Positions 40,301 through 54,173 of a stretch of DNA of 64,000 bases are shown here, piece after piece (the first letter of the stretch is position 1; each line of letters starts with the position of its first letter). The translations under genes were made by a program, and so were the position numbers. The notes under the pieces were generated by a model, which did not search any database, was not told where the DNA came from, and saw only the letters and a list, made by a program, of their open reading frames with translations. This DNA is from Trichoplax adhaerens (Eukaryota; Animalia; Placozoa), in contig NW_002060943.1 of assembly GCF_000150275.1 (NCBI RefSeq), forward strand, positions 9,518,209 to 9,582,208, in the 5' to 3' direction.

Positions 40301-43300
40301 CTTTCACATCAGGATTACTTCGTTTCAAGGAGCCAGCCATAACTAAAACAGATTTGACAGCCCGAAGACCAAAATCATAATGATCTTGTTGCGACAACTG
40401 TTCACTGCATAGCTTATACATTTGAATCATTTTGCGGGCAAGAGATTTTGAGGACTCAAATCCTTCTGAATATAGGATTACTTCAGCAATCAAGGCATAA
40501 TCGGGCACCATCATAGCAAATGGTCGGAAAAGTGTTTTCAAGTTTTCAGGCAGTTCAGTGCGGCCTGCATATCCAGGATTCATAGTTATGAAAGTTGCAC
40601 ATGTTAAATTTAATTTTATTTCACGACCTTCAAAGATAAATCTAGCTAGCTTTGAAATTTTCGCATTTCTGATCGTCAGTAACTGCTGGGCAATCACCGA
40701 TAATACTTCAATGTCTATACGATTAAATTCATCAAAACAGCACCATGCACCCGACTGCGCTAGTCCGGAAAAAAATCTTCCCATCATCTTGTAATCTAGA
40801 CCTTCGGAACAGTTGAAAACCACACACTGCTTAGCAAGAGATTTAGCTAAATCCTTGGTAGTTTCGGTTTTGCCTGTTCCAGCTGGTCCAGCTGGCGAGC
40901 CTCCGAGATCAAGTTGCAGCGCTCCCATCAAGCAAAGATAACAGCGGTCCGTTAAGGGGGTAATAACTAAGCGAGAAGAAGCACCAAGGTACTCGTAACC
41001 GTAGACATATTTCGAATTGGCCATTCGTACGACACAGTTATCAATATCGATATCCCAATAATATCGTAACTGTTTTACCCACTCAAAATTTGTCTCTTCA
41101 ACAATACCTGAATTTACCAAATCACTTACTATATCCCTAGCATGGACATCAATGGTAATTAACGCACACAGAATTCTTCGTGACAGAGCTGTTAATTCTC
41201 CCCTGACGAGAATTGCAAGATTATTTAAGCTTTGATAACACGATTGTTCGTATTTCTTTAAAACTTCGTGAGCTTCTTCATCGTTAAATGCTAGAGAGAT
41301 ATCGCGACACCACATTATTTGAGATACTGCAAGAACTACCTGACTTGGATACGACATGATCCACTCATTCCGGTCTTGCTGTGTATATTCAGCGATGGCG
41401 GACTTCATAACCCTTCGTAGCGAGGTTACCATATGCTCCTCTACTTTACCTAACCAATCTTCTACATTACCTCGAGCTTTAAGGCCACGGCCAAGACTTA
41501 TACTTTCATTCTCAGGTGAAATCATATTAATTATGTCGTTTGTCTTAGTCTCTACTTTTGTACCCGTTGGAGACACACCTCGATCGTGGCTTGGAATGGA
41601 TTCTTGATGAATGTTTTGGATAGTACCAAATTCAAGCTCGAAAATACCATCAAAGCACTTACGGAGATGAGGTTGCACGGCGTGAGGATTTTTAGTTTGC
41701 GCTAAGATTTCCAACAATTCATCGTTAGATAAGAAATAAAATCTTGGAAATACAACTCTCTTTGATTCTAAATACGCTTCTAAGCACTTCTGGATCTGAT
41801 CAAGCATAGAATTATTATTTTGAAACGTTTCCAGTAGTCCGGGTTGGGTGCAAGCCCTTAATGCATTTGGAAGGCGAGATGTCTTTCTCATGATTTCCTT
41901 CCATGATTTATCTACAGCCATAAACATTTTCGCTTCAGCTGGCAACTGTCGTTGAATATCAGGAGCACTGAAAATACTCTCTAGATATAGCCAACTCTTT
42001 TGACAAATCAACCATTCATCCAGCGTTTGATTAAAAAGCGTAAGCTGCTTTACCCAATCATCAACCCTGATCTTTATTGGACCAACGTGCCTTGAACTAG
42101 CAATTAAATTGATATTGACTAAACTATCATCGAGAATACCTTGGATATCATCTGTTCCTCCTAAAATAAAAACATCCTTCGAGTCACGATATGGCAGTAC
42201 TATAAATTCAGTCGCCTTCCATCCATCTTCAACTTTTTTTAACAGTGTTTCTAATGAGGCTTCGCTAGAGGCTTGACTAGAAATTTCTATAATTTCATCG
42301 GTATGGTCAAAAGCTCCAATTTCATCGAGCAATCCTAAACTTAAAGGATTTTCGCTGGTAAATCGATAATTTAAGGTACTTTCAATCATATCCCAGTGCC
42401 TCGGCTTTAAGGAAGGATTGTGCAAATTGGTAATAACTGGTAATTTAAACCTTATTTGATCAACCTTTTCTTTTAATAAAGGTACTGCGTTATTTCGGGG
42501 AAGACCTTTCTCTAGCTGATGTACGCGTTTTGTGTATTTGCCGACTTGATTGGTAATTATTTCCGGAGATAATTCCTTAAAATCTGCTACTTTCCATTCA
42601 CGTGTCATTTGTTCCCATTCATGAAGGGAATCCCATAACATTTGCTTCAAACGTAGCTCAGCATGAGTTTCTTCAAGATCAGTAAATTTTGTTACCTCAA
42701 CTTTGAAATTTTTCTGATATGTTCTATACTGATACGCTCGCTTTTGAAGAGCCTCCATTCTATCATGCAATTCGATAAGGAATACATTTACTTTTTCCAC
42801 GTCCGATAACGGATCAAGAATCATAGGATCTTGGGCTTTACTCTTAATTTGATTGACTTCAAGCCTCAATTCGGAAATATCTTTGTCTAGGTGATCGCAA
42901 AATTTCTCAAGATTTGCGTCTCTGTCGCTAACAGCTTTATCGATGGCATTTCTTACTGCTGTAATGGATGGCGCTAATGTTTGATAAACGGCAAAATCTT
43001 CCGGTGGTGTTGGTACCTGATAGGAATCGATCAAATTATATAACTCCTTTATTGTTTCTGATTCTTTTTCGTTGCTGTCAATGGATACTTGAATCTGTTC
43101 TAAAAATGTCAGACTTTCCACAAATTCTGCAGTTGTTGATGGAGCTAATTCAAGTCTATATTGCGCATCTTGAGCTACCGATATTAACCGGTCTACTCTT
43201 GATTTCGCAAGTACTGGCAAAATGTCGTGAACCACCTGAAAATACGAGTATGTACTTGTTAAAATTTGTTGCATCCCCAATAATAATAAATTTACTAATT

Positions 43301-46300
43301 ATGACCTCCAAACACTTCCTTGGCGATGGCAATAGTTTTGTTTTAAGCTGAGAGGCATCAACTAGCATCATCCCTACAGGCTGTTTTTCAGTTATACTTT
43401 CGGCTTCCTTCTGTTCTCTGTGATACTTTGCTAGGGATATCGCGAAAAAGTCCACGTCTACAACATTGAGTGTATGCATATTGTAAATACAACGGATATG
43501 CCTAATTTAAGGAATTAAATATGCAGAAAAACATTAATTCTCTACCGTGATCTACGGTTCGCATGTGCTCAAGGTTTAAGCCCTCATTCTCTCTGTAAAA
43601 GTCACGATAAGATTCGAACGTATTCGAATACAGAGTAGTGTAATGGAAAGCCTCCGACATAGTATCCTGAAAGTAGATCAATTTTTTAGTTAATTTATGA
43701 GGTTATAAACTGATGGCTAATTTGGTTACCATATGCATAGTTATATTGAAATCGTACCTTTACGTTAACTATTAGACCTTGGAGATGTCTGTCATCTTCG
43801 AAGATGGTCGATAAATTTGGACCCTCTCCACACGTTTTTTCTTCTAATTTTCCATTAATAAGTGGTCTTAAATAGGCGATTCAAAATATAGTAATGTAAG
43901 TACATTATAACTTTAACTTTCTTTAACATTAGTGATAGTACATGTGCGTACGTTTAATCAATCGTTACCTTGTAAATGGATCGAAATATTCATCAGATAC
44001 TAGATTTGGGACGCTAAGGACTGTATCTTCAAAATTTCTGATGAGATCTCCCATGCCTTCGTGATAATCGTCAAGGCTTGGGTTAAAAAAAAGAAAATTC
44101 GGATCAAGTAGTAGCTCAACTTGGAATAAAGGCGTTGAAAATGATTCGTTTTCGCTTTGGTCATGTTGTCCAATAATAGTTTTTGAATTCTGCAAATTAA
44201 AAAGTTTATTAAATTTTAGCTACACCAATTCGAAGTGTGGTATTGAGTGATTTTGCTTAGTATAAAATAAGCTGCGACTGACTGAAAGCTTCTTTTCCTG
44301 AACATTAGCGTTATGTAAATGCTGTATTTCTTCCATTGTTGGCGTTCGCTGCAGTTGTTCTTTTAGTGCGTGCAACAGCTTTGATATCGAGCGAACACAA
44401 AGTAAGTGCATCGTATTTATAACCAAATAATCTGCTAACCGGATGAAGCTGTAAATTGATATAAATTTATCAGTTACACTATTTATCAATTGTACTACCC
44501 TTACTCTTTGCATCAAGTCTAACCTAGTCAATCTTCGACAATGAGCTCTTTTATTTGCCTGTTCGGTATAAGTCATCTTCTCTGGTGCATCTCCATACGG
44601 GTCAATATCGAATCCGGTTTGTCCAGCAAACGAAGGTGAATTAAGTGAAATAGATTGCTCTTTATCTGGATCTATAAGCCCAAGCAATTCGATAGATTAT
44701 TAAATGCTAAAAATCAGAAAAAAATTACACATCATTGTAAAAATAAATAAATAATTTTAACCCATATCATAATATTCATCGATAGAAAATCCAGCTTCTT
44801 CTAAGGCCGTGCAGCATGCATCCTTAACAACTTCTTTTGTTAACTGATGAAATTGTCTCAGACTTTCCGCGATCTGATTTATGGATACAATTTTCGTTAA
44901 TTTACAAACATATATCAGATTTTATTCTATACGGAAGAGTTATTAACCTCTCTCAGCTGAGAGAACTGAGTTTCCTTAAATTCCTCTAATGTATATGTGT
45001 GTTCCTTCTTTATTCGATGTAAGCTCAGATCACCTAGTTTGTAGCATAACGTTCTTATGCGCAGCAAAGCTGGTCGTAAGAACTTTAGAACAATTCTTAT
45101 CATTAGCTTTTACTAAGATTAATCACTGCATATTTTAAGCCTTGTATCTTACCGAATTTAATATGAAAAGATTTGTTCCTAGTTTGTTCCTGCAGTTATT
45201 TATTTTTCTAAAATTTCATGCAATAAATGATCGTGCGTTAGCTCAATAGTAGTTACATTTGTCATTAATATATATATACCTTTTTCTAACATTCATTCGC
45301 CAAACTGCAAAGGCCTTCCATAGTCTGAAACTGGAGAAAGTTTTAATCTTTATTAACTGTTTGTAATGTATGTAGTCTTTCTCCCAACAGTCTAGCTCCG
45401 TAAATTCAGTTTCCTCTCGCTCTCGAATGTGTGTTACTCCTTTATGGCTAATGGTATGATAATCGTTCGCATTGATACCAGAATGTGTTACAACTCTATA
45501 AGATTAAAAAGTAAGTCTTGATAAAGCATCACAATACGCCTAATACCCGCATATTATCTTACTTTAAGTTATAAGGGTTGTATTCAATAGATGAGCGATC
45601 AACAGCAGGTGCTAGATAGAGAAATCCTAGATTTGGATTTTTGCGGATGAGCTGAACGATTTCTATCGGATCTTTTAAAGTATCGGACAAATTTTCAGCT
45701 GATGTTCCTTTAATATAAGAGCTTCGTAGCCTTTTACTTGAAATTGAAATGTCCGCAGGTTGTGCTTCATTCCCGAAATTACTAGCTAAATTTGGTTTCA
45801 TCGGCCTCAGACTTCGATTAAAATTCGGAGATGTATCGCTTTTGTAATCTTCATTTTTTGACTGAGAGAAAATTTGTGTTGATTGTACACTTGATAAAAT
45901 ATCCTTTTTGTGATGAAAATTTATAGGTCCTTCTTCAATTTTATTTTGATTTTTAAGTTGATAGTCAGCCAAGTTGACCTAAAAATTAGGACGCATATCA
46001 TAAGCTTCTAGGTTATAAAATATTGATATAAATTTAGTCATTAGGTGTTCATAACTGATATTCAAATTAAGACATACCAAAGGTTCCAATTTAGGCCCAG
46101 CTGGTACTGCCTGAAGGGTAAAATACAGAATAATTAGTGGATAAATAAATGCCCATAAACAATATGTAAGAGAATTGTTGATGTATATTTCAGTTAACCT
46201 AACAAGAGTTTAAGTCTCCTATCTATAATGATAAGAAGATATGGATTGCATCAAGAAACTTTCAGATAAATTACTTTATAGTAAGCAGTTTTCCTCTGAT

Positions 46301-46740
46301 ATTCCATATCTAAAATGCGTCAGATTGATATACTAACTTTCTACAGTAATTTCTTTATGAGATAGCTTGCACGATATCTACTCAATCCTACATAACAAAT
46401 TCTTATTTATATAATTCCGATATCCGTATTGCAGTCAGTATACAAAGGGAGTCGATCGAGATTGATATATCGAATATACATAAAGCAGGCATTCTGCCAG
46501 CACACGTAAGGGATAAAATATGAACTAATCATTGTTAATATATTACAGTACCTTCTTAACTTGAACAGGCGTCTTGCGTTTGTAGTGTGATATTCCTTGA
46601 CGTGTCTGGATATCAGGCTTTGAATACAAGCGAGATTTTAAAGCAATACCATTTATCGAAGTACCTTTTCTATCTTCGAAATATGTATTAGATGCATCTG
46701 AAGACGTAGTCTTATCATCTTGAATACCAATATGTGACAT
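31324..46740 (-). CDS. DNAH6: Axonemal inner-arm dynein heavy chain, DNAH6-type
   Basis: P-loops [24 protein letters not shown] and GVGGTGKQS; [13 protein letters not shown]; stalk coiled coil; C-terminus [15 protein letters not shown]|HSTNFV...[15 protein letters not shown] (stop 31324-31326). N-terminal motifs NLGFLYL and [17 protein letters not shown] are DNAH6-like. Exact start uncertain. Confidence 0.93.
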
Positions 46741-47223
46741 CGTCGAATTTTATAATGTTTTTGCACAATTATAAAATAAAATAAATAAAATTCTGCACTG
46801 ATCCTTCACCAATGGATGCGTGTTAATGAAGTTGCATATCACAACATATTCTGAAGCTGAAACTTTAGAAATAATAATAATACTATCAGAAAGATCTATT
46901 TCAACTCTCTCTGAAATGTTGGTCGCTGAATTGGCTTCGGATTTGGGAGTGAATAAGAAGAAGAAAGTTGCAAAACACGGTAGTATATGCTCTGAATGCC
47001 GTGTTTATTTAAAACTTGATGATTTATAGTACAGCTTTAATGAATACAGTATGTAGTACAGTAATGCAAAAATTAGTGTAAACTAAAGTCATTAAGTTTC
47101 CTGTGTTGCTGCATGAAAATATAATTTACTATTACTGTACGTGATTTGACCACCTTTCGTATAAATAAATATTTTACCGATAGGTTTCTGAGAGCATCCA
47201 TCGGCTGAATTGTATTGTTTCTT

Positions 47224-47256
47224 GTTGCTATGAAACAGGACTGGTAACGTGGTAAC
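47224..47256. promoter_or_regulatory. RFX X-box upstream of DNAH6
   Basis: GTTGCTATGAAAC (47224-47236) matches the X-box consensus. GGTAACGTGGTAAC (47243-47256) adds half-sites. Confidence 0.65.
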
Positions 47257-47271
47257 AAGATGCCGTACTAA

Positions 47272-47450
47272 AGTACTCTACTGTACAGTCTGTAGTACTG
47301 TAAAAATGTGTTGTACTATGCAGTACAGTATGGGTACACTTCTTTCTTGCATTTGACTGTACTGTACTGCACTGTACTGTACTGTACTGTACTGTACAGT
47401 ACACTGAGTACAGTATAGTTGTAAGTCGCTTACTGTACACTGTATACTGT
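47272..47450. repeat. TACTG/CAGTA array in the divergent DNAH6-NDUFAF3 promoter interval
   Basis: ACTGTACTGTACTGCACTGTACTGTACTGTACTGTACTGTACAGTACACTG and flanking variants. Confidence 0.9.
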
Positions 47451-47920
47451 AAATAAGACATCAATATCGACATCAATATGTTACCAGTACTACTGCAATG
47501 TTTTAGTGTAATCCTGTAGTAAATTATTGGGTAACATGCAACATGTGCCTTCAGTCATAGTCATACTGCTCATGCGTCAGTAGTCAGCACTCAGTAATGT
47601 TTGTACTGTACTATAATTCAATACGAAGTGTATGACTGGACGTATACGTACCAGCAAGTGGTTTCTTAATCTCTTTCTGGAACAGTTTAGTATTATTTAT
47701 TTATTTTAAAATCTCCAGTAAAATTATTAAAGAGTAAAACAAAATTTAATTAGTTATATAATTAGTGTTCTTCAGGATCTCTACGATCACGTAAGTTTTA
47801 TCCAAGGGTCTCTCCCCTTCATGCAATATCATAAATTAATTTATTAGCAGTTAGTAAATGACTGATGTAATTGTTTGATTGTTGGAACTTTGCAACTGCA
47901 GTGATCATCTCAGCAAAAGA

Positions 47921-50900
47921 ATGCTACTTTCTCGGACTGGTCGAAACCTAAAAGTCTACGCAAGGTTAGGATAAAATTTTATCTCGCCATTTGATGGTGG
48001 CATTTCGATTAGTGATATGTTACTCGGTGCAGTAATTATATAATTACCAAATAATAATTTCAATTATCCATTCGATCAAGTTTAAATGTACGATGAAAGG
48101 TGCTTTATTATTATTATTTGCTAACGATCATAAATTACAACGACAAGTGACTTTTGCTAAATTTGTGACCGCACGAGATAATGGAGATTCACGAAAGTGC
48201 CCTTGTTAGATCACTATAACCATCGAGAAATCATTTGGATCGTAATAAAGCCCTACGCGCGTACTACTGTAGTCCCACGTTCGATATGGTGCAATAACAC
48301 TGCTCTTGCGAGCTAGCATAGTCAAGCACTCTATGGTAAAATTCTACTTTTAGTTCTGAACACCGGTTGCATAAACAATTATCCACCAAAAAGCTGTCCT
48401 TGAAGTATCATCTACTTACAGTTGCATGTCAGCTATTATTTCGGTATCTTTTAACTTTAAATTGCTAACCATAAAGTGATATTACATGTATATCACGTAC
48501 GTACGAATACTGTTCAGTAATTACGAAATGCTAAAGTACTGTTATTCCTGCTCTAAATGTAAATTAATTACAATTCCTGCAGAAGATGGACAAGCCCACT
48601 AAGCCGATTTTATAGCGTAAGCGGCGAACATGACATCCTGCGAACATCATTAGAAGTTATAGCTGGCAGCGATCAAATGCCAATTATTAAAAGTTACAGT
48701 TCTCAAGGTTTCTCCATTGGTAATATTAAAATAATTGGCCCGGCTGCGATTCTGCCCAAGGGATTCTTCTTGTGGAAAGTTCGTATAACAGTATTTATAC
48801 TTCGAGAGTATACTGTAAGATGTTAACATTTGCCTCCAAATTCCATTGAAAGATTACTAATGTTAATACGAAACACGAACAATTCTGTATCTTGAATGAG
48901 CCAGTTATAACGATATTGATAAACTTTCTTTTAGTTACTTTTATAATTGTTATATTCGTGATGTTATTAAATTCTTCGAATATAGGTGAAAAGGAATGAA
49001 AATATTACAGCTAGGAATCTCTCCCTTTTTCCCGTACTTGTTCCAAGAATTGGTAAGAAAGTCGCAATAGAATGCTAATCAGTTACTATGACTATAACAG
49101 CCAACGTCTATTGTGAACTACGTCAGTAGTAAGACTTACTTTCAATTTGCTGGTATTTAACTGCTTACATTACAGTATGAAGAGAAAACAGCCGTGTAAA
49201 ATCATAATTGTAGTGATAAAAAACTATATAAAAGAATAATTCTTTCAGTATATACGACCATAGTGAAGCAATATTGGTACATATTGAATGTTGTATCACC
49301 GGGAGCTATTCACGCAGAATTGAAACAGTATTTACTGTTAGTTAAATACTTATAGTTGACATTTAGATCTACGAGTCTCGTATTATTGTACTTTTTAATA
49401 ATTTTGTTACGATTGCTGTAGATATACTAGTAATCGGTACCGGAAATAATCTTGCCGTTCTTCATCCCGACGTATTAAAATATTTAAGGTCAAATGCTAT
49501 CGCCGTTGAAGTGCAGGACACGGTAAGATGACTATGTTTCATTAGCATTCATAAAATGATTCTGTTTTGTCTACCAGCTATGGTCTTTGTTAGCTAGACG
49601 CGTCTTGTAGTTCTAGTAAGTATTTAAATATTGATATAACGTGCATACTATGCTACTCTAAACGAAGTTGACACTGTAATCAGTAATAACCCAGCTTTCA
49701 AGATGTCCATAATAACCACTTTACTCAAAGTAAAATACTTTTTACCCATCCTATATAAATGCATACCGATATGTCATAAAAGGCAAAGATAAATGCATTT
49801 TATATTCATACTACCATATGCAACCAAAATATGTGGGGCAATCTAAATTTTCACCGCTCTAGGATTAAAGTAGTTGCGTCAATCTTATCCTGTTGGTACA
49901 TTAAACATTCGATTTTTTCGTACAACTTCTTATTATTTCATTCTTTATGGTACAACTTTACTGCAGATGTTATGGAGCCAATTAATCTCTATAGCTACCT
50001 TAGTGAATAGTACAATCTACTGAAATCGTATTTGAAGCCTTTAAAATTGATTAGATAATGTAGAACAATGTAGAACCGTAGCTTTACGTCACTTTATGTT
50101 TAACCACTTATCATCGACTATTTCAGTATTACAATGTTTAATTCTTTTATGCAGTGGGTAATGTAACCCTAGGAAGCATGCGAACGGGATAAAGATTAAT
50201 CTAGTAACTTATATACTTATATAAGTTATTTAGTTATAATGAAAGGCTGCTTGAAAGAAGTGCTGGCAAAACAAACAAATATAATCTTACATAAACTAAC
50301 AAGTAGCGATCGTACTTTCAGCAAGAGTATACCTACGTACGTAAACAGTGTACCGTATCAATTACTACATCACGCAGTAATAAATTGTTCCAAAGTTCGG
50401 CTATTTTTGTTGCCTGTATAAGATAGATTTGAAATACGCGTACTCAGTATCTTTGAAATCACATTTCAGAAATGTTTCATTATCTCTCTTGCTTGAATCA
50501 AAAACTGATATTAAATAAAAACTAGCGAACGATATTGATATACTGTACGCGTTTTACGGTGTGATTTAACGACAATTTGGTGGTGTAATAGTAATAGTGA
50601 CTGTTTATATCATCATTGCATATACATTACTCTTTGTAAGACAGCTATATTGCTACCCTAAGTATTTTAAAGGATACAGTTATAAATCTGTTTCTAATTA
50701 TATATATATATATATAAGTATAATTATGAGATAAGTGAAGTTTGGTTCATGTCAGTGCCATCTATTACAATTATAAACAATTTAGATTTGATTTAAATAA
50801 TAAAGTTATTCAAAATTTAACGTTAATTTTCTCGTCAAATATTGCTGCAGCCCAACGCCTGTGCGACATTTAACTTTCTTTTAGAAGAAGGACGCCAAGT

Positions 50901-50973
50901 AGCAGCTGCATTGATACCACCTGCGAAATTGAACACAACACCTCCGCCTTCCTCTACGTCTGTTCATGCTTAA
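47921..50973 (+). CDS. NDUFAF3: Complex I assembly factor NDUFAF3 (Mth938 domain), 5 exons
   Basis: Presequence MLLSRTGRNLKVYARRWTSPLSRFYS; IKSYSSQGFSIGNIKIIGPAAILP; PRI|DILVIGTG; IAVEVQDT|PNACATFNFLLEEGRQVAAALIPP; stop 50971-50973. Missed by the ORF track because the exons are short. Confidence 0.92.
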
Positions 50974-52244
50974 GCATATAATGTCCATATTTCTGCTTGC
51001 TGCTAAGTGTAAGATATTGAAAATAGCCATAAGATACAGTAGAATTTACTGAAGGCGATATCGTTTCATGAAAGCAAGCTAGAGCATATTGATACAGTAC
51101 CGAATTCATTGATTATACTTTAACAGTTCACCTTATGATACTAAAAGCCACGAAATAGTTTGTTTTAAAGTATATCAAACTGGTCAACGTCGAATAAAGT
51201 AGAACAAAGTATTACCGATTATATGGATAAATGCGTTTCTTTCGTAATAAATCTAGCTTTATCTAATTCAATTAAAATGTCGTGCTGTAAATTCTCGGTT
51301 CATGATGTGATAGTATAACTAACTGTAGCCCTTTATTTCACAGCCTATCACCATGCTGACCAAAGTCGTTCATGAATTTAGTTGTTATATTTCATTGTTG
51401 CGAGTGTGATGATCTACAACATTTGATCTATTTGAATTGTGATAGCGTCGGATAAAGGAAAAGAAAATGACAATAAACAAACAAGATTTGTTATCATGCA
51501 TCTGTACTATTTTATTTCCCTATAAACCAGGTTTATGCATCAAAATCCATGTGTTATGCCAATGTATTACGGCAACTTTTTTGTTTTATTACATCTTCGC
51601 ATAGCATAGCATTTGCTTTTCTACTCTTACACAGTCAATACGTGTACGTGCTGTACTTGAATCATGTCCTCACAATTATAGAGGAACATACCCATTCGAT
51701 AAATCGCAATTGCGCACTTTTTATATTATTATCGAAGTACTAATAGTTGATATAGATTCAGTGAAAATTGGCTGATTTTGCAATAAAGTTTGAATTCATA
51801 ACTTGGTTTGTGACCTGACGATGGGAGATCGTAGGTATTTTCAGGGACTACTCAACTAAAAGAAGTTGAGTATCGTCTGCATGACAATAGTCTCATAGTC
51901 AAATAGTTGCTATATTGTCGTTGTCGGTTGATAATACGTAGTCGTTCAAACGGTGAAGAGTAATATAAACAGTATCAGAGGTACTGAAGTTAACTGAACA
52001 ATGCTCGTAAAACATGAATGGGTTTGCAATGGGAAGACATACGGTACTATCATGGGCTAATTTATTGATTTTGAATTGCAATCTCGTACTGTACTAGGAA
52101 TTCTATAAACTGTTAACAGTAGTTAGAGATTATTGGTGATATTTGATTATGCATTAGTTGGCTCCTGGCTGGCTATTGGACTCTCCTACGTTCGGTCGTT
52201 CGCCGTCTGCTGGATTTTCTGCGACGTGCTGTAGAGTATCGGTA

Positions 52245-52785
52245 TACAGTACAGTACAGTACAGTAGTACCGCAATGAATGAGTTCATCGCAATGTGAAG
52301 AAATCTTGCGCAAGATATACAGTACAGTACAGTACAGCACAGTACAGTACCCGTACTGTAGCAAAGTTGCAGTGTACTGTACCGTACAGTACTGTACAGT
52401 ACTGTCATACAGTATAGTGCACTGTATGTGTACGCATGATCAGAGAGTTGACTGTTGTATGATCCCAAAAATGAACTGTGACCGCACCTCATGGTTTGGT
52501 TATGGGTTTTGCTGGTACAGTACTTACTGTACAGTGTACAGTCCTCGGCCACCGTATTCATAGTCACTGTACAGTACTGTACTGTACAGTACAGTATACT
52601 GTAGTACTGGACAGTACTGTACTGTACGGTATTGTGCTGCACAGTACAGTACTGTACAGTACTAGTGCACTGTACGGTACTGTACTGTACACTCAAAAAT
52701 TGTCAAATTTTTTCTGACGTCTTCTACAAGCTCTTTTGCATCAGATGCAGTTGGAATGACTGTACAGTACGTACTGTACACTGTA
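52245..52785. repeat. Large CAGTA/TACTG pentamer array upstream of SLC25A3
   Basis: (ACAGT)n runs switch to (ACTGT)n runs with palindromic junctions such as ACAGTACTGT. They flank a unique core at ~52430-52510. Confidence 0.92.
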
Positions 52786-54173
52786 AGATGGACAGGATAC
52801 TATACGGTACACAGTCGCGGACCCATACGAATACTGTCAGAACGAGAGTTCTCTTCCTATTAACAAGTCCTTTTTTAGCGTATGCCTTTTTACCGGTCAA
52901 ATTCTGAAAGCCTCGCCGATACTATTTAAGGCAAGACTCATCAATCTTGCAGTGCACTTCGATTGTCCTCCTACCTTGCAAGGAATTGTTGTATACTAAT
53001 CGTAAGTATGATGTCGATATATGTGTGTATATGCTCTCAATATCGATGGTCTCTCTCTCTCTATACTCGCATTTATTGATACTTTGCCTATGTTAAACTA
53101 TGAAAAGCCTACAAGTAGTTGAGTGATGCTTGACCCTTCTTTACGTAAATCTTGCCCTTATACCGGGTAAGTCGTCACCACTACCGACATCATGCAAATT
53201 GAGGAAGTGTTACGTACAGTACTGTGTCTTGCCTCTTCAATGGCATACTTTTCTAATACTTCCGGCAGTCTCCCACTAGTACAGGTGTTTACCAACCTAA
53301 ATGGAACGGATCGTAAAATCAAAAGTGAAGAAGTCAATCAAAATGTCATAGTAGAAGCGTATATCCAGTTGTGTATCTGATCGATCATTTTTTGCACACC
53401 ACATGTCAGCATTTACCTTGAATGTAGGCGTTTCATCATTTTGTAAAAACGTGCCCTAGCCCTAGTTCAAGACAGGACTTAACATCATCGCAGAATACAA
53501 ATATTGTCTTGCATGTCTTACAACCATAGACTACGATGTCTTTATCGTATTAAGAGTATTACGTATTATAAAATAGTTTCTATGCCCTAGACCTAAGAGA
53601 TGTTCCTTTCTGTTATACAGTACAGGACATAAAAATGATGAGCTAGACAGTCGACTCTTCAAACTTTCAGGGTGCTTTTACTGACACAGTCTAGTACAGC
53701 GTACAATAATAAATAAATCAATATATTTTTAATCCTACTTTTTTTCCTAGCTTTTGAACCTATCAGCATTCAAGGTTAATTCCAAAACTAAAAAAAATAC
53801 GTTACTATGAAGTTCATTTTTCCATCTGACCCCTTACCTCGTAACGAAATTGAACTCCGGCTGCAGCTAGTGCTTAATATTGTACTAGACGTAGAAGAGC
53901 GTATTGATAGATATCGTACATTTAGGATCTGCATGCAACAAAAGATATCATATATCAGTAATCTAATCACTTTTGACAACTATGTTGTATTCCGCTACAT
54001 GGGCTGTCTTGTACTGTACTTCGGTAGACAATTGCTAAGCTACTGCCCATAAGTCTAAATTAAGATGGCGAAAGCATCAGTTTCTTGCCTGATAAAAGAA
54101 AACGCAAGTTTTCCCAAACATATCATTGACTGATTATCTAATTAATGTCTTTTCTTTTTTTTTTCTTAGAGCT

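Noticed and set aside
34225-43351. Several plus-strand ORFs inside DNAH6
   Set aside because: Antisense shadows of the long dynein exon with no recognisable motifs.
52154-52907. Overlapping ORFs rich in Y/S/T/V/Q/C/L (also 47228-47476, 22430-22672, 7728-7928)
   Set aside because: These are translations of the CAGTA/TACTG pentamer repeat, not proteins.
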